Assembly (NCBI RefSeq): GCF_032191835.1
Contig: NC_083238.1
Location: forward strand, 34,782,001-34,846,000
Direction: 5' to 3'
DNA from: Heteronotia binoei
Taxonomy: Eukaryota
DNA: 64,000 bases
The position numbers and the translations under genes are program-made. A model generated the notes under the pieces. It searched no databases, had not been told where the DNA came from, and worked only from the letters and a program-made list of their open reading frames with translations. This document shows, in pieces, positions 36,297 through 46,420 of the stretch. Position 1 is the stretch's first letter; the number at the start of each line of letters is the position of its first letter.

Positions 36297-36615
36297 NNNN
36301 NNNNNNNNNNNNNNNNNNNNNNNNNNNNNNNNNNNNNNNNNNNNNNNNNNNNNNNNNNNNNNNNNNNNNNNNNNNNNNNNNNNNNNNNNNNNNNNNNNNN
36401 NNNNNNNNNNNNNNNNNNNNNNNNNNNNNNNNNNNNNNNNNNNNNNNNNNNNNNNNNNNNNNNNNNNNNNNNNNNNNNNNNNNNNNNNNNNNNNNNNNNN
36501 NNNNNNNNNNNNNNNNNNNNNNNNNNNNNNNNNNNNNNNNNNNNNNNNNNNNNNNNNNNNNNNNNNNNNNNNNNNNNNNNNNNNNNNNNNNNNNNNNNNN
36601 NNNNNNNNNNNNNNN
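36297..36615. other. Assembly gap or masked run (N) inside a CpG-rich island
   Basis: Run of N flanked by very GC-rich sequence. Confidence 0.99.
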
Positions 36616-38015
36616 AAGCGGGCCGGCGGGAGAGGAAGGGAAGCGAAGGGAGTCCATCGCCTTCAAAGCGCACAAAGAGGAGCTTTTACGACCCTGATCC
36701 CGGAGCCGCGCCGGTGGATCGCCGCGGAGACAGAAAAGCCGGCGGGGGAGACATTCCAGTGGGCATAACAGTCCCGGAGGCTCCGGATCACGAAACGCCT
36801 CCAGCCGAATCATCGCAGAAGGGCATTTCCAGCACTACCAGGAAGAAAACGGTTGGGAGACCCGGTGGGAACCGGCGCCAAAGGCTCCAAGACGCAGGAG
36901 ACGGGATTTGTCGCCAAGCGGCTGGAAATCCGGAAGAGCAGCGGGATAGTTTCGGAACCCCCAGGCGGACATTTTCGCCAGAGCGAGGCCGGGTCATCTG
37001 GGGGCCTGCGGGAAAGAGAGAGGGGTCGCAGGGCGGGGGCGGGGGGAAGAGATCAATGCGTGAAATATCGGACGACTTTGCTATTTATTTTTAAAACCGC
37101 CCCCCCCCCCCCGCCGGGTCTTTTCCTCGTGTTTTGCGAGTAGGTCTGCAGGCAGGACCTTTTCCTGAAGCAGAGGGATTCCGTCGGTCTTCTGGGGTCG
37201 ATCCGGTAGATTTTGCCCTTGTGGGGCGAGTTTGTAGGGACACGGGAGAGAACGGATTCTGGATTCCAAAACACAGGGATTCGTGCTACGGATTTCAAAA
37301 GCCTGGCTTCAACCCGTTCGAGACGAGGGCCTTCTCTGCAGCCAAAAGTCGTTGCAGCTATTCTGGATGTAATCGAGGCGCTTTTCCAAACGCGCGGTCT
37401 GCATTCGCCGAGAGAGAAACGCTTTTTCATTTTCTCGATGTCCGTGTCCTTGTTGCGATGATCATAATCCTTATTTGGTTTTTAATCCCGCTCTCACTAT
37501 CAACTGCTCGGCGCAGTGTCCGGGGAGCCCGTCTCCTCCTGCATTTTATGCTAACAACAACGCTGCCAGGTAGAGAGGGAAAGAGAGGGACAGAGATAGA
37601 GACAGGGACAGAGAGGGACAGAGACAAAGACAGATAGAGACAGAGACAGACATTGGCCCAGGGAATCAAAGTGAGATTATTGGAAGAACAGGGATTTGAA
37701 TCTAGTCCAATATGATTTCTGCCGCTGCCGCCGTGTTGCTCTGCAGGAAAACAGCTCGATTCCAGCACCTCGAGGGCCAGCAGGATTTTTTGTGTGTGTG
37801 TGGGGGGGGGTGAGCTTTGAAGAGTCAAAGAAGCTCCCTCTAGGCTACAGCTAAGCTTCGATTCTGGGAAGCGGACAGCCTGAAACGCTTGCTGGTCTCC
37901 AGGCTGCTGGACTGGGACCCAACTGCTCGGAGAGGGTTTGAGTCGGTTTCCTTGGGAGAGAGGGAGGGAGGCCCCCTGAACGCGGCTGAGCTTCTATTGG
38001 ACCAGAACCAAGTCT

Positions 38016-38090
38016 GAGCCCAGGGGCACCTTTAAGATCTATGAAGTGTAATTCTGGGTAGCAGCTTTCCTGTGCAGGCACACTTCTTTC
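38016..38090 (-). mobile_element. Family E Penelope-like fragment (decayed)
   Basis: gagcccaggggcacctttaagatctatgaagtgtaattctgggtagcagctttcctgtgcaggcacacttc aligns by eye to the other E arms. Confidence 0.62.
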
Positions 38091-39513
38091 GGGCCAAATA
38101 CCGGCGGTGCTGGCCATTACATTAACATAAGCTCACTGTAGGTGCTGGGAAAGAGATGGTGCCTTTTGCGGGCGGAAGCCGAACGCATCCGCGTCTCTTT
38201 CTTTTCATCGCTCCAACAGCACCCCCCCCCCCGCAAGTTTCCCTCCAGCCCAGTCTCTGCCCAGAGAAGCGACTAGCAAAGGAGGTTTGGCAACTGGGCT
38301 GCCTCGCGACCCGAGCCGGTGGGCCGCCACACCGCTGTCCACCTCCTCTTCCTCTTCCTCTTCCTCCTGCTTCGGTTGGCGGCGTCATTCGTGCGCCAAA
38401 GCAGCGGGCCCGCCTGTTCCTCGGCGCTCGCCTGTGGAGGAAGCTTCTTCCCCCGGCTTTAGGGCCCTTTCGGCCAGCGAGGCCGGCGGGAGCCCTCCTT
38501 GCAAACCAACCTCGTTCTTGAGACAACGTGAGCGAATAGCTCGATCGGGCCGATTTCGGAAAGACCCGGGACTGTGGCGCTAGTGTGGACGCGCCAGCGA
38601 TGTGATTGCTGCAGGCAGGGCGAAGAAAAAGATTATCTAACAGAATCGGAGGCCTTTAATGAAAGGGAAAAGGGAACAATATCCTGTAGAGCGCCTTACG
38701 TAGGACAAAGCAGCGAGACCGGAGGGTGGGGATTACAGATTTGGTTGTTGGGTTTGTTTTTTAAACTTGAAAGCGCTGAAAAGTTACAGTTTTACAGTAG
38801 GTGGAATCCATCTCTACAAAGCACAACACGTTGGGTTAGGAGTTGCAGTGGCAAAAACACCCCCCTTTGGCCTGCCGGTTCAGATCCGGGAGTAAGCTTC
38901 ATTTCCCTCAGACAGCTAGAGAGCCGCTAGCTGGCCTTTCGATGCCTTTGTTAGGGTTCTAGAGACGCTCTGCAAACGGGCAAGCCAGATCCATCGAACT
39001 ACATTGCCTTGCCTTGCCGCGTGTGGAACACGGATTCGGTCTCATGTCTTAAGATCAAAGAATTCATTAATCTTTTCAGTCACAGTTTTAATATCAGATC
39101 CTGGGTGGGAAAACATGGCACTCGTCCCTTCTGATCGCAAACTCATTTCCTGCTTTTCAAGTCTTGAAACAGACAGAAACGTTTTGCTCATTCAGGAAGA
39201 TTTCAGTAGATTTCCCAGTAACATATTTATCTATCAAAGGCGCAAATATATATCAGAGCTGCCGCAACTTCCTTTTATTTTTTTTCCCGGTACACGCTTG
39301 ACATTTCTGTTTGCGCCAACACCTTTTGAGTCCTGCAGAATTTCAATCTGGAGTCCAAACGGATCCGCTACTGCCTTGATGCACCCTAAGACAATAAACG
39401 CAGCCCAAATTTGCCCTGTTCGATTGACCCATAATGCGCCCTTGGCTTATAGAACGCGCTCCCGATTCAACAACCACAAATGTCTACCAAGGTGTTACGG
39501 AGAGAGAGACAGA

Positions 39514-39653
39514 GGCTGCGATCGCACACACTAAATAATGCGCTTTCAGTGCACTTTCTAACTGGATTTTACTGCCTGAGCTGGCCAAACCCAGTTGGAA
39601 AGTGCATAGAAAGTGGTTTGAAACTGCAATATTTAGCCTGTGTGATCGCGGCC
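39514..39653 (+). mobile_element. Family A MITE, copy 11
   Basis: ggctgcgatcgcacacactaaataatgc...atatttagcctgtgtgatcgcggcc. Confidence 0.87.
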
Positions 39654-39686
39654 AAAGTCTAAACATAATCGATATCTTCAGACTAT

Positions 39687-39837
39687 GGCTGCGATCACAC
39701 ACATTAAATAACGCACTTTCAATCCACTTTCAGTGCACTTTACAACTGGACTTTACTGTGTGAACTGGCAAAATCCAGTTGGAAAGTGCATTGAAAGTGG
39801 ATTGAAAGTGCATAATTGAATGTGTGTGATTGCAGCC
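39687..39837 (+). mobile_element. Family A MITE, copy 12 (close to consensus)
   Basis: ggctgcgatcacacacattaaataacgcactttcaatccactttcagtgcac...gtgcattgaaagtggattgaaagtgcataattgaatgtgtgtgattgcagcc. Confidence 0.9.
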
Positions 39838-39894
39838 AATGTGTTGAAATATAATACTATATTACACTATACAGCTTCTAAAAATATGCAGCTG

Positions 39895-40016
39895 TCTGTA
39901 TGGAGCGGTATGGTATAGTTTGGCAACAGTACAGCTCACTAAAGTATAGTATTCTATAGCATAGCGTAATATAGTATAGTACAGTACAGTATAGAGTAGT
40001 ACAGAACACAGTACAA
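39895..40016. repeat. Degenerate (TATAG/TACAG)n pentanucleotide array
   Basis: gtatagtattctatagcatagcgtaatatagtatagtacagtacagtatagagtagtacag. Confidence 0.7.
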
Positions 40017-40592
40017 TGCAGAAGAGTATTTGGGGGGGGGGCAGAGGGCGGGAGGGAGCGCGCACATGCAGAGAGGCGCAGCCCGGGTGTCCCGCGCACG
40101 TACAGAGGGACTTAGGGAACTCTTGGAACAATGCGGGACGATGCGGGAAGCCATTATGGAGGCAGAAAATGTAGGTCCGGTCTTCATCGACGTTGGCAGG
40201 AAAGGGGCAGGAAGCGGCGCCATCATGAAGGTTGAAGGCTTGAAGCGGGGGAGAGGAAAGGGAGGAGGGGGTCTTCTGAAACCACCACGAGGGCCTCCCT
40301 TTCTCCCCCCCCCCCCAGTTGCCCTGGTGGCTCCTTCCCTCCCCTTCCCCATGCCTTGAGTCTCTCTCTCTCTCTCCATCTTTCCAGAAGTTCTCCCCAG
40401 CTCCTTCTGGCCCCAGCAGCCGGCTCATTGGCTGAGAGCTGGAGGGGCGCTGGAGATGGTGGCTTTTGGGGAAGGATCCGCGGCGGCCCCCCGTCCTCGC
40501 CCAATCGGTGGGGACTTTTGGGGCTGATTCCCTGTCGCGATTAAAGTGCGGCGCCGCCGAGGCCGGACCAGCTGCAGCTCTCGGGGTTGGAA

Positions 40593-41166
40593 ATGTGCGA
40601 CCGCAGCCTCTGCCGGCCGGCCTACGTGAGCTCCCTCCTGAACCTGCCCGCCGCTACCGCCGACTCCTTCTACATCCCCAACCTGCGGACCAACGGGAGC
40701 CACCAGCTGGCGGCGACCTCCTTGCCGGCCCTCTCCTTCCCCCGCACCTCCCTAGCCTGGAGCCCGCCCGCCAGCCATGCTTTCGGCGCTCCTGCAGCCT
40801 CCTCCTCGCCGCAGCCGCCGCCGCCGCCGCCTTACCTTCCCCTCCTCCTCCACCCCGGCAGCGGCGGCGTCCACAAAGGGGCTCTGGAAGGCGGCCGCGC
40901 CAAGTACGAGGCCCACGAGGGCGCTTCCAAGGCGGAGCGCAGGAGGCCAAGCCGAGAGGGCGCGCCCAGCCAGCCCAGCAGCAGCAGGGGTCTACCTCCG
41001 TCTCCGGCCAAGGGGCTCAGCTACGAGCCGGGCGCTCTCCTGGAGGCGGAGGCGGGCGCCGAGGGCTTGAAGGAGGACCTGAAGCAGCAGCAGACCATCA
41101 ACTTGAACGTGACACTGCAGCCGCACGCCGCCGCCCACTTCAGCCACAGAGCCGCGCTGCAAGACG
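40593..41166 (+). CDS. Hoxd12: Hoxd12 exon 1 (join 40593-41166, 41654-41895; 271 aa)
   Basis: MCDRSLCRPAYVSSLLNLP...DSFYIPNLRTNG...INLNVTLQ...ALQD resembles HOXD12 [25 protein letters not shown]. ATG at 40593 (the ORF-track start at 40587 is TTG). Donor GACG|gtaggg. Confidence 0.93.
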
Positions 41167-41653
41167 GTAGGGAGAGGGGGTCGCTGCATGCCGCTGCCGA
41201 GGCCACCGACCAACCCCCCACCACCGCCCCTTCCGGAGAGCGGCCCTGCCGAGGACCCGAGGCCAAGCAGCCGCCACCGGAGCTCAGCGGGGCCTCCCTA
41301 GTTCTCCCAGCCAGGCGGCAGCTGGAGTCCCACTTGGGAAGCTGCGAGGCTGTCGAGGAGGGCTCAGGAGCCTCGCGTCCCGGTCCCCTTTACTCGAGAG
41401 TAAGCCCGCCAGCTTCAGGGGCGCTCACTCCTCAGGAAGAGCGCAGCTTCCATCTGGGCACCATTAGACCCCGAAACTTCCCCGGAGGTTCCCGTTCTTG
41501 CGCCCGCGCAGAGCTCTCCTCTCCTTCCCGGTCCTTCCCTTTCCCTTCTTGCATGCGGCTGGTCCTCGCGGCCCCCAAGAGCGCGCGCGAGAGAGAGGCC
41601 CACCGGCCCAGTCTCCCCCTCCCCGACCCTGTCTCTCGCCCTGTCTCTTGCAG

Positions 41654-41895
41654 GCCTGCCGCCCTGGTGCCCCACTGCGGGGAGGTCGCGGAAGAAGCGC
41701 AAGCCCTACACCAAGCAGCAGATCGCCGCGCTGGAGAGCGAGTTCGTCCGCCACGAGTTCATCAACCGGCAGAAGCGGAAGGAGCTCTCCCAGCGGCTCC
41801 ACCTGAGCGACCAGCAAGTCAAGATCTGGTTCCAGAACCGGCGCATGAAGAAGAAGCGGGTGGGGATGCGCGAGCAGGCGCTCGCCCTCTACTAG
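41654..41895 (+). CDS. Hoxd12: Hoxd12 exon 2 (homeodomain; not reported as such in the ORF track)
   Basis: ttgcag|GC acceptor. Hand translation: [80 protein letters not shown] then TAG at 41893-41895. REQALALY is the HOXD12 C-terminus. Confidence 0.96.
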
Positions 41896-44069
41896 CCACG
41901 CCGGCCGGGGCGGGGGCGCAGCCAAGGGGCGGGGAAGGCCTGGCGCGGTCAATCATGAACTTGCCTCTGGCTTTGCTCCCGCAGGGCTAAGCGGGAAGGG
42001 GAGGGGGACGGAGAGGGAGAGAAAAGGCAGAGGGGGGTCGCCAAAGAGAGCCCCTCCGGACGCGCCGCTTTCCCAACCGCACCTTTTGGGACTTGGGAAT
42101 ATGGCCAAAGGCTTCTCTTTTAGCCGAAGGGGGGGGAGTCCCCACCCCAGAAATGGACGAAAGGGAAGCGAGTCTCCCCTCCTCCACTTTGCTTTAAACA
42201 ACAACAACCGGACACCCCTCCTCACCGCCTGGAGCTTGGAGGAGACGGGAGGTCCGTTTCTTCTTCCCCGCGCCGCTTTTGGGCAGCTCCAGGCCGGGGC
42301 GAGGAGACGCTCGGTGGAGGAGGTCGCAGAATTGCAGGTAAAGCTCTGTCCGGCCTCCTCCACCGCCAGGGACACGTCTTGGTCTGTGGAGTCTGGAGGA
42401 GGGGGGGGCGCTCTTGAGACCCAGCGTGTCTCTGCAAGAGTCGGCGAGGGAGAATGCCACGAATTTAAAATATATATACACGTTCTTAGACAGCAGACGA
42501 CATCTTCCATTTCTCTCTCCCTCTCTTCCTTTGTTTTTTAACAAGAGAACGAATGTCCACGAAGGGCGAGGTCTCTGGCGGCCTTCGCTGCCCTTCAAGG
42601 GCATCGGGAAAGGAGATGGAGTCGAATCTGCCCCAGTGGCCTCGCCCCAATTCCCACTCCGGTCTGGACGCCTTGCCTGAGATTTGGGTATGAGCTATCG
42701 ACCTCCGGCCCAGTATTTTCAGTTGCTGTCAAAAAAGAAAAGAAAAATCTCTGTTCTGAAGCCGGTGTGTGTGTGAGTGAGAGAGAGACAGACAGACAGA
42801 CAGCGACAGAGAGACAGAGTGTTGGAACAGAGACAGAAAGAGAGAAACAAAGAGACAGAGACAGAGAGAAATCTCTACCAGGAAAGACAGCTAGTTAAGC
42901 GTTAGGGTTTCTGCATCTCTCCCCAAAGCTAGGGAGACTGGGGGCTGCAGAAATTCTTCCATGCCTGTCCTAGGTGGGTTTCCTTGGCTGCAAGTCCAGC
43001 TAAGGTGCCAGACACTCCTAGGACAGTAATCCCGCCCACGGCCTACCCCCAAAGTGTCCAGAGCTCCGTAGTTCGGGGGGGGGGGGCAGTTGAAGACGCT
43101 TCTGTTTGTGGAAAAACCGGTCAGGGGCCCTTGTCCCTCGGTTGCTTCCTTTCGACCGTCTCTTCTACACCTCTCTTCCCCAAAGGAAGGCTCGCCCTGC
43201 CTGGTGTGCCCGCTGCCCTAGAAGGGAAGGAGCCGGGGGCAGAGAAGTCGGTGTTTCTTTTGTTTCCCTTTGTTTTTGTGGGTGCCAGGAAGGAAGCCAC
43301 GGCCAGGATCGCCCCCTCCCTCGGCAAACCCCTCCAGTCCAGCGAGGGGGGAAGAAGAAGAAGCTGGAAGCAGAAAGCGTCTCCGTCGCAGGCCGAGGGG
43401 AGCCCTCTTTCTCCTGCAAGGGCCGACGACGCCCCCACTCCCGGGCTCTCTGGCCGCCCTCCAACAGGACGACTCCTCCACCCCCTCCCCAGCAAGCAGT
43501 CTGGGCTTCCTCGCCTCCCCGCCTGGGTCGGCCTCCCGCCATTTGTTGGGCTGCAACTTCGCCTCGCCTTTCATGGTTGCCCTTGGCTGTGCGGCCTGCC
43601 CAGAGGCCTTCGGGTTTCTGCTTGACTTTGGCCTTGCCCAAAAGCGACAGAGGGGCACAAAGGGAGGCCTCCTCCTCCACCCCCTCCCAGCCCCCCCCAG
43701 CTTTAAGCACAAAGGAGGGGGGAGGGAGAAACAATCCGGTAAACACGGAGATAATTGGGAATGGATTTCCATTGTGGGTCCACAGAAGCCAACTGGACTG
43801 GGTTTTGAGGGATGTTTTGGTTTGGTTTTTTAGTTTGGGATACTGTAATGTTGGTGCCGGGTGTAATGGGTGGGTGGATGTTTTGTAAATCAAATACTGT
43901 AAATTTAAAAACAAAATAGCGTCGGCTTAAGATGGAAATGTCGGTCATTTCCCTGAAATTCGATTTTTCTCCAAAGTTCCTCTAGGATCGAGAGAAGAAT
44001 GATTCGCTTTTGGAGAGCTCTCCAGTCTTTAAAAGGCGGAGAATGGTGTGCGCAATCTGTGCAAAGAAA

Positions 44070-44079
44070 AATAAATAAA
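44070..44079 (+). terminator. Candidate Hoxd12 polyadenylation signal (overlapping AATAAA x2)
   Basis: AATAAATAAA about 2.2 kb after the Hoxd12 stop, at the start of an AT-rich block. Usage is unverified. Confidence 0.35.
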
Positions 44080-46354
44080 ATGGAGACGAGGTTTATATAC
44101 TTTACCGGGTTTTGTACAAATGGAAATATTGCTTTAAAAAAAGGTATATTCTCTCAAATGCAATTTTGAAACCCAGGTTTTGGTTTTGGTTTGATTTTAA
44201 AATAGTCAATGTAAGTCGTTTAACGGCAGCTCCCATAAGCACTGTCGCCGTTCGTGTTGTTATTTCATACCTTTAAAAAAATGCAATTCCACATATCCAT
44301 TCAAGGTATCACCACCAAGTTCGTACAATAAATTGACAACCGCAGAACAGTATTCCAGTGAAACATAAACCGGCGCAAGAAGCAATCCGCATTTCCAAAG
44401 CGGGCGACGGCTCTTCTGCAAACGCTGTTCGAGAATGAATCTTTTCCCTTTGTTATTTTCTAAATAATTATCTATATATCTATGACAAATAGCTCAGGAG
44501 GCCTCAAAATACTAAAGGAAGGCGGTAGGAAAGAGGGGATTTTTTCCAAGGGCGACGGCTGACTAGGACTAGAATCGCCCGGGGTTCCCCGCCCCCCCTT
44601 TCTCATTTTCTTCTTCCACGACAGAGCTTCGAGAATCAAAAGGGGGCGATTTTTTTTTTTTTAAAAAAAATAATAATCAGCGGAAATAAATAAATATTGA
44701 CAACTAAAGTTAGCCTGGATTTATTTGCAAGAATTAATCCCCGGAACAAACCACTTCGGTTTCTCATTTGGCCGTTCTGGGTGGGATGTGTCGGCGGTTC
44801 AGTTTCCAAATAAGGATTCCCCAACCCAAGCCGAAACCAAAAAAGGAAACGGTAGTCTGGATCCCTTTTTTTTGGGGGGGGGGGGGGCGGGTTACGGAAT
44901 TCATTTTGCTGCTGCTGTTTTTGCTTTCAACGATTGGATTAAACCAGAGTTTTCTAAATCGCAGCACGGCTGAACACAGAATGGCGTGTGTTCGCTTGGG
45001 TTCTGGAGAGCTTGTAGCTAATGCAGTCGTTATAGGTGTGGGAAGCAATACCTCGGGGGGGGGGAGGGGGGAAGACGGGAAAGGAGAAAGGGAGCCAGAG
45101 GACATCGGAAACTTCACCGAGGGTGTACATGGATGCTCTCCTATGTTTTGATTACGTCACCCAAGTACATAGTCCTGGCTGAACGCTTCACCCCTGTTCA
45201 AAAACCAGTTCACCCTGAAGCGCACAAACACAAAATCCCTGCAGAGAACGTGGCTCCGCTTAGGGCTCAATCCTGTGCACGGTTACCTGGGAGCAAGCCT
45301 CGTCGGACACAGTGGGACTTACTGCTGAGTAGGGTCAGGCAAGATTGGGCTGCCAGAATTGTTGTAGAGCAGGGTAGGAGACAAAGAGATGTTTCGAGAA
45401 GGAGTCCTGTTCCGGGGTGGGGGTGGTCAGCTCTTGCGGGTGGCTGCTATAGGTGTATCTACGAAAATGCAGACTAGCAAACCGAAGCTCCTTTAGCTTA
45501 TTGTTTAGGATCAGTGTATCTACATCATGCGCGATTGCAACTCATAAGAGGGGGTGACGGGGGGGCGGGGAGAGGTGGGAATGTTCCTGTGTTTACTGCG
45601 AGCAAAAGTGCTTGAACCAGACATACCGAAGGCTACCGACAAAGGCGTATCTGTGGATGCCATTAACAGCCTGTCGGGTTGCAGGAACCATTTTTAAAAA
45701 GGATTTTGAATGGATTCGCACCAGGTTTGGGGCTTCAGATTCTCTGGTTTAGAAATAAATCCCCGTCCATCGTTCTGGAACGTGTTTCTGAGTCGCAGGG
45801 GTTGGGATCCCAGCCCTAGAGAAGGTGAGGGGGGCATTGCATCATTTCCCCAGGCAGACAGAGAAAGAAAGACATGGGGATCGAACGTTGCCACTGGCTA
45901 TGATCCTAATGGAGGCATAGATAGCTCTCACGTGTGTGTATGAGTGTGTGTGTGTGTGACAGAGAGAGAGAGAGAAAGACGTTGTGATTTTGTGTGTCCT
46001 ATGTGTGTAGATATGAACACGACCTCTCTCTCTCTCTTGCGCTTACACACACACACACACACAATCACACCCGGACATGCCTGTAGCGCTTCATTAGTGA
46101 CACATATTTGGCCATCGATCTTCCTTCGCCAGTCAGCCCCAAACCCGCTTCTTGCTGGCGTTGGGGACCCGTCCTCTTCTCTGATAGGCTAAGCGGAGGC
46201 GCTTCAACCATGCCTGCGAGTTTGATAAGGCAAAAAGGACCGTCCCCTCTGATTGTTTTAAATGGCTCCGGTCGCTTTTGTGTTTCCTAAAAGAGCATAA
46301 ATAATTAAAGTTTGGCAGGGAGGGGGGGAGAAAAAAAGCTTTCTTGCAGCACTG

Positions 46355-46420
46355 TCGTGGCCATAAATGAAATGACTCCGAATCTCTTCTCCAGTCAGTT
46401 TTTACGAGAGCTGCCAGACA
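46355..46420. promoter_or_regulatory. Candidate conserved enhancer between Hoxd12 and Hoxd11 (region X-like position)
   Basis: GGCCATAAA (Cdx/Hox9-11 type) at 46359 and TTTTACGAG (Hox11/13 type) at 46400. Confidence 0.4.

Noticed and set aside
37620-37715. Possible MIR/L2 fragment after the (GAGACA)n stretch
   Set aside because: Only a weak resemblance (ttggcccaggga...gggatttgaatc). It cannot be supported without alignment.
42984-43914. Cluster of 180-260 aa ORFs downstream of Hoxd12
   Set aside because: They occur on both strands with alternative start codons, are low complexity and have no recognisable motif. The region is likely GC-rich 3' UTR or intergenic DNA.
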